Source of the DNA: Oligoflexales bacterium
GTDB taxonomy: Bacteria; Bdellovibrionota_B; Oligoflexia; Oligoflexales; JALZUQ01
Assembly: GCA_023301565.1 (NCBI GenBank)
Contig: JALZUO010000028.1
Coordinates: 123-64,122 of the forward strand
Length of the DNA: 64,000 nucleotides
Direction of reading: 5' to 3'
The position numbers and the translations under genes were made by a program. Shown piece by piece: positions 1 to 9,707 of the stretch. The notes beneath the pieces are model-generated. The model ran no database searches. It saw only the letters and a list, made by a program, of their open reading frames with translations, and was not told the DNA's origin. Each line of letters opens with the position of its first letter. The first letter of the stretch is position 1.

Positions 1-3
1 TAC

Positions 4-429
4 GTGGTTTTTAAGGTGTCTCCTTACCACAAGAAAGTTATTCGCTCTAATACCAAGAAGCCTAAGTACTACTCTTATGACAACGCTCGAATCAAAGACG
101 AGGGTGCGAGGCTAGAAAACTTAGTTGCAAACTCTCTTTTTAAAGAGTGTCATTTTAGGCAAGACTGCCTAGGCCAAGAGTACAAGCTTTACTATCTCGC
201 CAAAAATGGTGGCGTTGAGATTGATTTTGCTATCACCTTGCAAGATTCTGTTGCAAAGATGATAGAAGTAAAATCATCGGGCAACACTCTTAGCAAAAAT
301 TTTGCAACTTTCAAGAAAGACCTACCAGATGCGCAAGCGGTGCAACTGGTCCACAACCTTGCTCGTGAGAAGACTTACCCAGACGGGAGTGAGGTTAGGT
401 CTTTGGGCGAATGGTTGTGTAGATGGTGA
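4..429 (+). CDS. AAA+ ATPase-associated DUF4143 (PD-(D/E)xK-like) C-terminal part, 5'-truncated by the window edge
   Basis: KKPKYYSYDN, GARLENLVA, YYLAKNGGVEIDF and IEVKS match the COG1373/DUF4143 C-terminal pattern. Confidence 0.8.
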   Translation: MVFKVSPYHKKVIRSNTKKPKYYSYDNARIKDEGARLENLVANSLFKECHFRQDCLGQEYKLYYLAKNGGVEIDFAITLQDSVAKMIEVKSSGNTLSKNFATFKKDLPDAQAVQLVHNLAREKTYPDGSEVRSLGEWLCRW

Positions 430-544
430 GTTAGCCCTCATTTTTCAGCCCCCTATACGCTAGCTTATCGCTATCCATCCATATTCGTATCTTACTATCG
501 ATTTAGGATGCCTGCAGGTGTTCCCGTGAAACAGCCGCATGCAA

Positions 545-997
545 TCACTTCCACTTAACAACGATGTTGACATGGTTTTTGTCGTATTTAATTCCAACAG
601 GATTCCAGGTAAACACCCAGTCTTTTATAAAATAACCGGCAAACATAGTAGCTAGACTGGTTGCCATCCAGGCTAGAGGATCTAAGCTTATGCCTGGGTT
701 GTAGCTTGAAGCATAGAGCATAATGGTAGCACCTATGATGATGCCAGTTACCCCAACGGTCGACTCTGCGCAGATGCAGCTTGCAGATACGGAAGGCTGT
801 TTTTTTTCTTTGCTACGATAAAGGTAAATCAAGGCAAGGTCTCGGACAAGGCCCTGCACTAATATGATGTTAGATAGTACGAGGATTAGGGTCGATGTTT
901 TTATTTTTGCGGGGACAACGCCTGCGTTTGCTAAAACAAAAGCTAGGCCAGCAGCGCACGCAATCAAAAATACCTCTACTTTTTCCAATTTACTCAC
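545..997 (-). CDS. Hypothetical membrane protein (about 4 TM) with CxC-AES motif
   Basis: Four hydrophobic stretches; SCICAESTVG; 20 bp downstream of the DUF1223 gene on the same strand. Confidence 0.7.
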   Translation of the reverse strand: MSKLEKVEVFLIACAAGLAFVLANAGVVPAKIKTSTLILVLSNIILVQGLVRDLALIYLYRSKEKKQPSVSASCICAESTVGVTGIIIGATIMLYASSYNPGISLDPLAWMATSLATMFAGYFIKDWVFTWNPVGIKYDKNHVNIVVKWK

Positions 998-1017
998 AGC
1001 TATATTCCGCCTGTATA

Positions 1018-1764
1018 CTATTTAAGGTAGCCACCAACCGCTTGGATGGGGGTCACGCCTTTGCCAGCGCTAACCCAAAATGCGGCCGCTTTTGCTTTTT
1101 TTGTAAATTTTGGATTTTTGCAGTTTTTTAATTTAACAGTTGCGTAGTACCTGCCTTTGATTTTTTGCAAAGGACGCACATCGAACTTACATACTCCAAA
1201 ATCATGCTTAAGAACTTTTCCCTTATTTTCGCCACTTTTTACGTTGGTTCTGGTTCCTAAAGTCAGAAGGCTAGAAAAAAGCCTGTAAGAACCTGCATCC
1301 TTAGTTGGCTTAAACTCTACTTTAAATGACCTTGAACCGTTGCCTGAGGCAGTTAGCTTTCCGGCCGGAGGGCCTAGCTTTGTTAAGAGCTTTACTTGCG
1401 AAACCCTAAACTCATTTGCGTTTAGTATAAACCCTGGGGTGTATACGCTGGGCTTAGGCCACCTGCTTGCTAGGCTGCGCTGGCGCTGCGAATAGTCGGA
1501 ATCTGATAGTACATCGCCCCATCCAAGGTAGTCCCAGTAGTCCACATGAAACCCTACCGGCACAAAGGTTTTCCATAGGCCGGGTTTCGACCTTCGCTTG
1601 GAAAGCCAGGCATCAGCCCAAGGGCAGCTGTGGCAACCTTCAGATGTGTAGAGCTCTAAGAGGTTTACTTGCCTTATTTGGCTTTCAAAGGTTTGGGCCG
1701 TGGCCTGAGCCGAATAGGTGAGGAGTGCTATGAATAGGGTAATAGTTAAAGTCATCGAGTTCAT
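1018..1764 (-). CDS. DUF1223 domain secreted thioredoxin-like protein
   Basis: Signal peptide; LELYTSEGCHSCPWAD, FHVDYWDYLGW, VYTP and GENKGKVLKHD are DUF1223 hallmarks. Confidence 0.9.
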   Translation of the reverse strand: MNSMTLTITLFIALLTYSAQATAQTFESQIRQVNLLELYTSEGCHSCPWADAWLSKRRSKPGLWKTFVPVGFHVDYWDYLGWGDVLSDSDYSQRQRSLASRWPKPSVYTPGFILNANEFRVSQVKLLTKLGPPAGKLTASGNGSRSFKVEFKPTKDAGSYRLFSSLLTLGTRTNVKSGENKGKVLKHDFGVCKFDVRPLQKIKGRYYATVKLKNCKNPKFTKKAKAAAFWVSAGKGVTPIQAVGGYLK

Positions 1765-1994
1765 CTGTAAACCTTTTTGCAGCTTAGTTTGTGTCTATTG
1801 TAGCAAGTTTTTTGTGTAAGGTTTTTTCCCCCCAGATATGCACTTCATTGGACTCTCTATTGGCGTATTGCCTATAGAAGATAGGTGGGTAAGTTTGAGG
1901 TGTAATTTTGTCGAAAGAGCGAAGAAACTGTTGAGTGGAAAAAAGAACGGTTTAGCTTCGCATAAAATCTTGTTTCAAAGATCTGCTCTAAATT

Positions 1995-2035
1995 AAAACC
2001 CCCGAATACTTGATCAACAAGTTTTCGGGGGTTTT
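1995..2035. terminator. Intrinsic terminator hairpin downstream of the DEAD-box gene
   Basis: AAAACCCCCGAA...TTCGGGGGTTTT inverted repeat with flanking A/T tracts. Confidence 0.75.
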
Positions 2036-2067
2036 GTTTGAGTCGGTGTGTTCGCTAGTGCACTAAA

Positions 2068-3612
2068 CTAGTGCCTAGAAGGCCTTGATGGTCGCGAATC
2101 TCTTTTTTGCCGCTTTGGCCTAGAGTCGCTTGTTCTGCCGCCACGAAATCCGCGGTTTGAATCTCTGCCGCCACCGCCGCCGCCACTTCTACCGCGCCGG
2201 TTAAACGAAGGACGTCCGCCTCTTCTAAATCCGCCGCCGCCGGAAGCAGCGCTGTCCAGAAGGGTCTGGAGCCTGCTAGGACTTACACCGATGTGTTTTG
2301 GTCCTTCAACTGGCATGCGTTTTTCTAAAAAGGCTAATGCTTTTGCTAGTAAGATCTCAGGCTCTTCCGTGGTTAGAGCAACTTGCGCTTTTTTAATCCA
2401 GCGCTCTTCGATCCAAGCTTCTTGTACATCTGCTAGAAGCTTGTTTTCTAAAAGGTCTCTAGTAGTGTGTAGGTCCGGCAAAAACTCAAAGCGAAACGGT
2501 AGTTTTTCTTTGCGAAGGTCTCTAAAGCCTGCGTTTTGTAGATCCGAGATCGAGGCAAAACTTACGGCAGTACCTTTGTTTCCGGCACGACCCGTACGAC
2601 CAATCCTATGCGTGTAGCGGTCTTTGTTGTCTGGAAAGTCGTAGTTGATCACATGTGTTAGGTCGGGGATATCTAGCCCACGGCTTGCCACATCTGTAGC
2701 AACTAGAAACTTTACTTTGCCCTGGTGGAAACGCTCGATGGTTCTGCGGCGTTCCGGCTGAGAGTAGTCACCGTGCAGGGCTGCAACGCTGATGCCTTTT
2801 CCACCCAGAAGGCTACAAAGCTCATCTACGCCACGTTTTGTGCGTGAAAATAGAATGGTTTTCTCTGGGTTTTCAATCACAAGATAACGCATAAGAGCAT
2901 CCTGTTTTTCTTTGTGTTTTACAAGGTAAACAGATTGGTCAATGTCCTTGTGGGCCTCTGTGCCGTCGCCTTTGGCTTCGATGCGCTCAGGGTTAGAAAA
3001 CTGGTCGTTTACAAGTCTTAAAACAGGTTTTGGCATGGTTGCCGAAAATAAAATCTTTTGAGATATGGCAGGCATAAGCTCAAGGATGTTTTTGATGGCT
3101 TCTAAAAAACCCATTTCCATCATTTCATCGGCTTCATCTACAATTAGTACCTTTGGGGTAAAGCGTGTGATGTTTTTGCTGCTTAAAATATCCAGCAGAC
3201 GTCCTGGGGTTGCTACTACCACAGAGCTTTTGCCGTTTAGCTGGCGGATTTGTTTGTCGTATGGAACACCACCGACAACCTGGCAGATAAAGTCGTCTTG
3301 GTACTTATCTTTGCTTTTTGTAAACTGACCAAAGGCTTTTACAACCTGGGTGCATAGCTCGCGCGTAGGTACAAGCACGAGCACTTCGATGCTGTTGTCG
3401 TGCTTTAGGTTTTGCAGTGCGGGTAGTGCAAAGGCTGCCGTTTTGCCAGAGCCAGTCTTTGCGACTCCAATGATGTCTTTGCCTTCTAAAATGGGCGGAA
3501 TGCAAAGCGATTGAATTTCCGTAGGCTCAGTAAAGCCATTATCCGCAATGTATGAGAGTAAACGTTTTGAAAGTCCCAATGACTCAAAATTAGATGATTC
3601 TTTTGTATCCAC
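2068..3612 (-). CDS. DEAD-box RNA helicase (DeaD/CshA-like)
   Basis: Q motif, AKTGSGKT, PTREL, TPGRL, DEAD, SAT, HRIGRTGRAG; RG-rich tail. Confidence 0.95.
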   Translation of the reverse strand: MDTKESSNFESLGLSKRLLSYIADNGFTEPTEIQSLCIPPILEGKDIIGVAKTGSGKTAAFALPALQNLKHDNSIEVLVLVPTRELCTQVVKAFGQFTKSKDKYQDDFICQVVGGVPYDKQIRQLNGKSSVVVATPGRLLDILSSKNITRFTPKVLIVDEADEMMEMGFLEAIKNILELMPAISQKILFSATMPKPVLRLVNDQFSNPERIEAKGDGTEAHKDIDQSVYLVKHKEKQDALMRYLVIENPEKTILFSRTKRGVDELCSLLGGKGISVAALHGDYSQPERRRTIERFHQGKVKFLVATDVASRGLDIPDLTHVINYDFPDNKDRYTHRIGRTGRAGNKGTAVSFASISDLQNAGFRDLRKEKLPFRFEFLPDLHTTRDLLENKLLADVQEAWIEERWIKKAQVALTTEEPEILLAKALAFLEKRMPVEGPKHIGVSPSRLQTLLDSAASGGGGFRRGGRPSFNRRGRSGGGGGGRDSNRGFRGGRTSDSRPKRQKRDSRPSRPSRH

Positions 3613-3806
3613 AGATTTTCCTTTGATGTTCCCTTGAGTAGTCTTTATCGACTGATAGGTTAGGCCACACAGAGAGATCGAACGAAAGGGCCGAACAGGC
3701 TGGATGGAGACCTTGTTTACATTATAATCAGCCCCTAGCCAACCTAAGTATTAAAAAACCTAAGAATTATAGGAAACTATAGGCATCTCCATGGTAAAAT
3801 TCCTGC

Positions 3807-4646
3807 ATGGATCCACGTGTTTTTCAAATATGCAGCCTTTCTTGCTTTGCAGCCCTTGGATTGGGGGCTGGCATACTTCCGGCCGATGGTTTTAGGTTTG
3901 GGGTTTTTCTCGGCGTGGCAGGGCTGAGCGAATGGTTAGGGCACCTGGTTTTTAAGCGTACAAAGAGGTTTACACTTAGAAGTACACTGATCACCACCCT
4001 TTCTTTGTGGATACTGTTGCGTGTGGATTCGTTGCTTTGGCTTTGTTTAGTGCCTTTTTTGGCTATTGCGAGTAAATACCTTTTTCGCTACTCGGTGGGT
4101 GGCAGCTACAAACACTTTTTTAATCCAGCAAACTTTGCCATTGTTTTGCCTATATTGTTAGGTGCACCCGTCTGGCTAAGCCCCGGAAACTGGGCCGGCA
4201 ACGCAGGTGTTGGTATGTGGTTTTTAGCTCTGGGTGTTTTGATCACCTTGCAGGTCCGAAAACTAGATACCGCCGTTTGGTTTTTGGGCCTTTATCTAGG
4301 CTTACATCTTGTTCGCCATCTTTGGCTAGCAGATCCGCACGCCATCTACCTACATAAGCTGCAAAACCCAGGGTTAATCCTTTTTGCTTTTTTTATGATC
4401 ACAGACCCTAGATCCACACCTACAACGGCCTGGAGTAGGGGAGTGTTCGCAGCTCTGGTGGGGGTACTCAGTTTTTATTTAAGTGCCAAAAACTTTGGGA
4501 CCCACGACTTTTTTTATGTTTTGTTTTTTGCCTCTATGTTTACACCTGTTTTAGATGTTTTTTCAGGGCGCTCTGCATTTGAATGGAAACAAAAAAACCT
4601 TACTGTTTATCAACCAAGTCTTAGTAAATCAAACCAAGCTGTATAA
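3807..4646 (+). CDS. Stand-alone RnfD/NqrB-like integral membrane protein
   Basis: Multi-TM protein; HFFNPANF and FFMITDPRSTP resemble the RnfD/NqrB FNPA and MATDP motifs; no other rnf/nqr genes nearby. Confidence 0.75.
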   Translation: MDPRVFQICSLSCFAALGLGAGILPADGFRFGVFLGVAGLSEWLGHLVFKRTKRFTLRSTLITTLSLWILLRVDSLLWLCLVPFLAIASKYLFRYSVGGSYKHFFNPANFAIVLPILLGAPVWLSPGNWAGNAGVGMWFLALGVLITLQVRKLDTAVWFLGLYLGLHLVRHLWLADPHAIYLHKLQNPGLILFAFFMITDPRSTPTTAWSRGVFAALVGVLSFYLSAKNFGTHDFFYVLFFASMFTPVLDVFSGRSAFEWKQKNLTVYQPSLSKSNQAV

Positions 4647-4659
4647 AGGAGCGAAAAAG

Positions 4660-6096
4660 ATGCAACCTCAAAAATGTAGATCCAGCCTGTGGCTCACCCT
4701 TGTTGGAATATTAGTAGGTGGTGGTCTTGTTGCTAGTTCACCTGCACAAGCCTTTTGTGGCTATTTTGTTGCAAAGGCGGGAAGCGAGCTATTTAATAAA
4801 GCGTCTAGGGTGGTTCTTGTCCGTGACGAGGATAGAACTGTGATCACGATGGCCAACGATTACCAAGGAAACGCTTCTGAGTTTGCCATGGTCGTACCTG
4901 TACCGACCGTATTGGAAAAAAGCCAGATCAATGTAGGTGAGAATGCTTGGGTAGACCGGGTGGATGGCTTCACCGCGCCACGCCTTGCAGAGTACTTTGA
5001 TCCGGATCCGTGCCAAACACGCTTCTATATGGAACGGGCAATGTCTATGCAAAATGCTCCCGGAGCACCGATGAAAAAGGCCCGTAATAAGAGCGCTAAA
5101 TCTCTTGGCGTAAAAATAGAGGCAACTTATGAAGTTGGCGAGTACGATATTCTCATTTTAAGTGCAAAACAGTCTGATGGCCTGCAAACATGGCTGATAG
5201 AAAACGGTTATAAGATCCCGCGCAAAGCCACTAAGATTCTTCGTAGCTACATAAAGCAGGGTATGAAGTTCTTTGTTGCCAAAATAAATATAGGGCGCCA
5301 AGAAAAAGCAGGTAGGCAGATGCTCAGACCCTTACAGATAGCCTACGAGAGCAAGCGCTTTATGTTGCCAATTAGGCTTGGTACCTTAAACGCAAAAGGC
5401 CATCAAGACCTGTTTGTCTATGCCATCACCAAAAAGGGTCGGGTAGAATCAACGAACTACCAGAATACCCGTATTCCAACCGGGCAAGAGATTCCAGTGT
5501 TTGTCAAAAAGGATTTTGCAAACTTCTACCGTGCGATGTTTGATAAACAGGTAGAAAAGGACCATATGAAAACCGTGATCACAGAGTATGCCTGGAACAT
5601 GGGCTGGTGTGACCCTTGTGCAGCGGACCCTTTGAGTTCTAAAGAGTTAAAGCAGCTAGGGGTGTTTTGGCTGGGGCAAAAAGATCTGTCGACGAAAAAA
5701 AATGGGTTTGGACTTGTAAAGCCTAACCCGAGAATCCGCAGACCTCGCCCAGGCGGCCGTGGGCAAGAAGCCTTTGTAACGCGGATGCACGTGCGCTATA
5801 CGGCCAAGAAGTTTCCGGAAGATCTACTTTTTCAGGTAACCAAGGATACGAAAAACTTTCAGGGCAGGTACGTACTGCGGCACCCGTTTCGTGGCGAGTC
5901 AAAGTGCGAGCTAGCAAAAGAATACAAGGTCACGGTCCGCAAACAGCAAGAAAAACGAGTACAAGAACTGGCAAACCTGACTGGATGGATGCCTGCAGAT
6001 CTTCGTAGAAAGGTTGCTTGGGTTGGTGGAAAACCAGCAGACAACGGAGCTGATAAGAAAAAGAAGAAAGATAAGTGGTGGCAAGGGATCTGGTAG
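4660..6096 (+). CDS. DUF2330 domain secreted protein
   Basis: Signal peptide then AQA-FCGYFVAKA, ITMANDYQG, FAMVVPVP, FMLPIRLG, EYAW, CDPC; ATG 4660 has an upstream AAGGAG (track start 4555). Confidence 0.85.
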   Translation: MQPQKCRSSLWLTLVGILVGGGLVASSPAQAFCGYFVAKAGSELFNKASRVVLVRDEDRTVITMANDYQGNASEFAMVVPVPTVLEKSQINVGENAWVDRVDGFTAPRLAEYFDPDPCQTRFYMERAMSMQNAPGAPMKKARNKSAKSLGVKIEATYEVGEYDILILSAKQSDGLQTWLIENGYKIPRKATKILRSYIKQGMKFFVAKINIGRQEKAGRQMLRPLQIAYESKRFMLPIRLGTLNAKGHQDLFVYAITKKGRVESTNYQNTRIPTGQEIPVFVKKDFANFYRAMFDKQVEKDHMKTVITEYAWNMGWCDPCAADPLSSKELKQLGVFWLGQKDLSTKKNGFGLVKPNPRIRRPRPGGRGQEAFVTRMHVRYTAKKFPEDLLFQVTKDTKNFQGRYVLRHPFRGESKCELAKEYKVTVRKQQEKRVQELANLTGWMPADLRRKVAWVGGKPADNGADKKKKKDKWWQGIW

Positions 6097-6141
6097 TACT
6101 ATGGATCTAGTAGTGCCCGGTTTTTTGTTGACCGAACACAG

Positions 6142-6166
6142 AAATGCCGCCATCTAGGCGGCTTTT
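6142..6166. terminator. Short hairpin between convergent genes
   Basis: AAATGCCGCC ATCTA GGCGGCTTTT. Confidence 0.6.
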
Positions 6167-6194
6167 CTTATAGTACTATTTTTTTCCGTGCTCT

Positions 6195-8153
6195 TTATTT
6201 TGTTGTAGTACCTACGATGATTTTAAATTTTTCTAGGTGTTCCTGTGAGAGCTGCTTTCCTGGTTCTACCTCAATACGAAGGTTTGCTTGAAGCAACGGT
6301 AGGTTGAAGTGCAGGGTTCCACCTTTTAAAAGAGCCACGTGTCTTGTAGATTGGCTTTCATCTAGTGTGTAGTCTAGGGCGGTTAAATTGCCCTCACTGT
6401 CTCTGATGCCAATGCTTACTACCTGGCGGTCTGTTTCCAGTTTTAAATCATAAGTACTTAAAGCAAACTTTGTAACAAACTCTCGCATAGCAGGAACCAT
6501 AAAGCTTGCATAGTCGCTGTTCCGTACAGAGTAGGTCTCAGAGTTGGACTTAAAAGAACCGTGTTCTTTGATGCGCTGAGACAGGTCTATTTGCGACTGT
6601 CCTACAGACGCGTCCGAGTCTTGGCTGACGTCTTCGGCTTTTGTGACAATGCCGGCATAGAAGTATCCAGTTGTTTTTTCTTCAAGAAGGTCCATAAGAG
6701 CTTCGCCAACTACATCATTCATGGTTGCGCGGACGCTTGAGCTACTGCTTTCAATAGTCTGTTTCATTTTATCGTTGTGGTAAGTAAAGGTATGTCTTCT
6801 AACTATTCGTTTGAAGTCCTTTTGTACTCTTAAGCTATAGCGTGCATACAAGTCGTGTATTTTCATACTGCTACTGTTTTTGCGAAAGTCTTTTAGGTCT
6901 TGATACTGCTTTTCATTATGAATAAAAGGTGTCGACCTGCGGTCTTCAGTATGTGGCTCAAAGAACGAGCTTGTAGCATTGCTTGCATTTAAATTCAATA
7001 CCCTAGCCCCGGTTACAGTTCCTTCTACACAACCTAGGCGCGCTCCGGCTGCGGCTATATCAAGGCTATTTGAATAGGTCTGAGGTACTGGTGCATCAGG
7101 CTCAAAGTCGCACAGATCTCTTCCATTCATAAAACAATTTGAAATAGCCCGCGAAGTGTAGGTTCCAGGAGTTAAAACCTTGTCAATGATTTTAGAGCAA
7201 GTGGCTTCCAAGGTTGGGAAAAAGTATCTATAGGAATACTGCGTTTTTGGGTTATCAAGCTTACAGTCTTCAGGGTTTGCCTCACATTCTGATAGGTTGA
7301 CCCAATTATAACTGTCTTGTTCGTAGCCTTCGATTTCTGAGCTTTCAAAGCATTTTGATGCGTTGGAGTTTTCGCGACCAACGTGTTCAGAGCTGTCTTC
7401 ATCAGACACGTTTAGCAGCGCCAAAAGAGGGTTTTTTCTATACTCAGGAGATGATGGGTCTGTGATGCGGTCTCTTACATATTTAAGCATGCTGCACATG
7501 CTCATTTCATCCGAGTCCCCACCAGCACCGAGCTTTACAGATTCTGCTAGTTGGCGGCTTAGTTCGATGGCTTTTTGGTAACTATCTGTTTGAAGTATTG
7601 CATACTTCGCGATAGCTGGAAGCGTCTCAACGCTATATTTAATTTTGAACAGTTCGTTAGTGCTATTAAGTTCGTTTGTTCTTTTTCCACTGCCATCAAA
7701 ATACTGGATTGAATCTTCCCTGATGGTGGAAAATGGGTTTGCGTAGCTTGCTGGTTTCCATTTGTCATCCCAAATTTGAAAAAGAAGCCTGTCTTGATCA
7801 TCCCGGTAATAAATGGCGTCGTACAACCAAGTACCACTGCCTTGAAGGTGAGGCTCTATAAATGCGGTGGGTGTGATGATATGGTAAGTGATGGGGTACT
7901 CGTGTAGAGCGGTTGCCATACTCTCAATGCCTTTAGCTAACGCAAGTTGCACATTGTGCATGCTTTGGCTTTGATCTACAGAGATTACCACGTCGGTCAT
8001 ACTGCGTGTTTCACTTCCACCAAACGGAATCTCCACGACCTTTAAAGCTCCTGTTGTGTTGGATAAGAAGCTCGTGTCCGTGCAGCCTGCTGCAGCAACT
8101 GTTATCAGTAGCCAAAAAAGTACTGTTTTGATCCGAATTAAACTCATAATCAC
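6195..8153 (-). CDS. Lipoprotein with vWA/MIDAS-like domain and Cys-rich insert
   Basis: Lipobox AAAGC; DVVISVDQSQSM (DxSxS); GGDSDE; VSDEDSS. Confidence 0.7.
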   Translation of the reverse strand: MIMSLIRIKTVLFWLLITVAAAGCTDTSFLSNTTGALKVVEIPFGGSETRSMTDVVISVDQSQSMHNVQLALAKGIESMATALHEYPITYHIITPTAFIEPHLQGSGTWLYDAIYYRDDQDRLLFQIWDDKWKPASYANPFSTIREDSIQYFDGSGKRTNELNSTNELFKIKYSVETLPAIAKYAILQTDSYQKAIELSRQLAESVKLGAGGDSDEMSMCSMLKYVRDRITDPSSPEYRKNPLLALLNVSDEDSSEHVGRENSNASKCFESSEIEGYEQDSYNWVNLSECEANPEDCKLDNPKTQYSYRYFFPTLEATCSKIIDKVLTPGTYTSRAISNCFMNGRDLCDFEPDAPVPQTYSNSLDIAAAGARLGCVEGTVTGARVLNLNASNATSSFFEPHTEDRRSTPFIHNEKQYQDLKDFRKNSSSMKIHDLYARYSLRVQKDFKRIVRRHTFTYHNDKMKQTIESSSSSVRATMNDVVGEALMDLLEEKTTGYFYAGIVTKAEDVSQDSDASVGQSQIDLSQRIKEHGSFKSNSETYSVRNSDYASFMVPAMREFVTKFALSTYDLKLETDRQVVSIGIRDSEGNLTALDYTLDESQSTRHVALLKGGTLHFNLPLLQANLRIEVEPGKQLSQEHLEKFKIIVGTTTK

Positions 8154-8202
8154 CCTTTGCCCAATGCGCTGTTAATCGTGCCTTTGATCTTTAGTCAAGT
8201 AC

Positions 8203-8231
8203 CCCATCGGATCAGGTAGGCAAGATCTTTA
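8203..8231 (-). promoter_or_regulatory. Possible sigma28/FliA-type promoter of the vWA lipoprotein
   Basis: Minus strand reads TAAA-N16-TCCGATGG versus consensus TAAA-N15-GCCGATAA, about 50 bp before the start. Confidence 0.35.
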
Positions 8232-8368
8232 GGTTTTTTAGTTTCGAAAGGAATAAAGGTATTAAATATAGGTATTTAGATACTGTATTGCAGCGCTCAG
8301 CCTTTGGAATTAACACCTTCTTGAACCTATGGAACCGATAAAAAGGTGATTTCGCCAAAATGTAGGGA

Positions 8369-9499
8369 CTACTGGGGCTGTGTGGCGTTTACAACGTTCT
8401 TTCGAAGCGGCTGCGAGTGGAGCTGGCTTAGGCTTTTAGAAGCTAGTTGGCCACAGGCCGCAGATACTTCTAGGCCTTTACTGTAGCGAACTGGAGCTGG
8501 AATAGAGCGTGAAGATAAGTATTCTTGAAACTTACGTATGTTGGTATCAGAAGGCCTTTGGTAAGGCAGGCCAGGGTGAGCATTAAAAGGAATGAGGTTT
8601 ACCTTTGCTCGCAAACCCTGCATAAACCGAATCAACTCTTTCGCGTGTGACGTGTCACAGTTTTTATCTTTGATAAGAATGTATTCGATGGTGATTTTTT
8701 GGTTTGTAGTTTCTTGGTAGTAGATCAGAGACTTTTTTAACTCAGCTAAATTATAGCGCCTATTTATAGGCATAAGATCAGTGCGTAGTTTGTCGTTGCA
8801 CGCGTGCAGAGATACAGCCAAAGAGCCATCTATTTCATTGGCCATTTTTATGATGTTCGGCACAATGCCGCTTGTGCTAACTGTCACCCGGCGCTTGGAA
8901 AGATCGTAGCCGTCTGGGCTTACAAGTAGCTTTACGGTTTTTGCAACGCTGTCGTAGTTATCAAACGGCTCTCCCATTCCCATAAAGACAACGTGCGATA
9001 TTTTTCGCTCTTCTTCCTCTGCAACTATAGAGTTTGCAAAAAGAAACTGCGCAAGGATTTCTTCGGCAGATAGGTGGCGAAAAAACCCTAGTTTTCCTGT
9101 TTGGCAAAACTTGCAAGCCAACTTACATCCGACCTGGCTTGAAACGCATAAGCTAACCCTGTCTTTATAGCGCAAGATAACAGTCTCAGTGGTTTTTCCA
9201 TCTTCTAGCTGAAACAATAGCTTGGAGGCTCCATCCTCACTGTCGAGCCTAGAGATAACCTTTGGCATGGTCCACATAAAGTCGCGGGTCAACATGTCGC
9301 GTAAATCCTTGGATAGGTTTGACATGTCGCTAGGGTGGGTGGCGCGTTTTAAAAAAAGCCACTCCACAATTTGCTTTGCTCTAAAAGGTTTTTGCTGGCT
9401 TTGAGCAAGGTACTGCTTCCAATCTTCCGTTGTTAAGAAGTAGGGAGATGGTTTTTGCTCTAAGTCGGCTATTTGTTTTTTTTTAAAATTTTCGGTCAT
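8369..9499 (-). CDS. rlmN: 23S rRNA (adenine2503-C2)/tRNA methyltransferase RlmN
   Basis: CVSSQVGCKLACKFC radical-SAM motif, FMGMGEP, SLHA, NLIPFN, AACGQL. Confidence 0.97.
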   Translation of the reverse strand: MTENFKKKQIADLEQKPSPYFLTTEDWKQYLAQSQQKPFRAKQIVEWLFLKRATHPSDMSNLSKDLRDMLTRDFMWTMPKVISRLDSEDGASKLLFQLEDGKTTETVILRYKDRVSLCVSSQVGCKLACKFCQTGKLGFFRHLSAEEILAQFLFANSIVAEEEERKISHVVFMGMGEPFDNYDSVAKTVKLLVSPDGYDLSKRRVTVSTSGIVPNIIKMANEIDGSLAVSLHACNDKLRTDLMPINRRYNLAELKKSLIYYQETTNQKITIEYILIKDKNCDTSHAKELIRFMQGLRAKVNLIPFNAHPGLPYQRPSDTNIRKFQEYLSSRSIPAPVRYSKGLEVSAACGQLASKSLSQLHSQPLRKNVVNATQPQ

Positions 9500-9618
9500 A
9501 GTCCTGGTTTACTTTTGTGACCACTATTTCTAGTTAATTATCAGGCTTAAAGCAAAGCACTCCTGGATAGGTCAAATATAACAGTGGGTTGTACGGCTGC
9601 CAGTTTTTTTTACGTTCT

Positions 9619-9634
9619 TGGAATTGATGTTGCA
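9619..9634 (+). promoter_or_regulatory. Probable sigma54 -24/-12 promoter
   Basis: TGGAAT-TGATG-TTGCA has GG-N10-GC spacing and lies upstream of the secreted protein at 9708. Confidence 0.5.
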
Positions 9635-9707
9635 CCTATATTGATAGAAGCAGCAAAGGGCAGCTTTAAAACAGTTGATTGACTGTGTTTTTACCAAGGG
9701 AGGGTTT

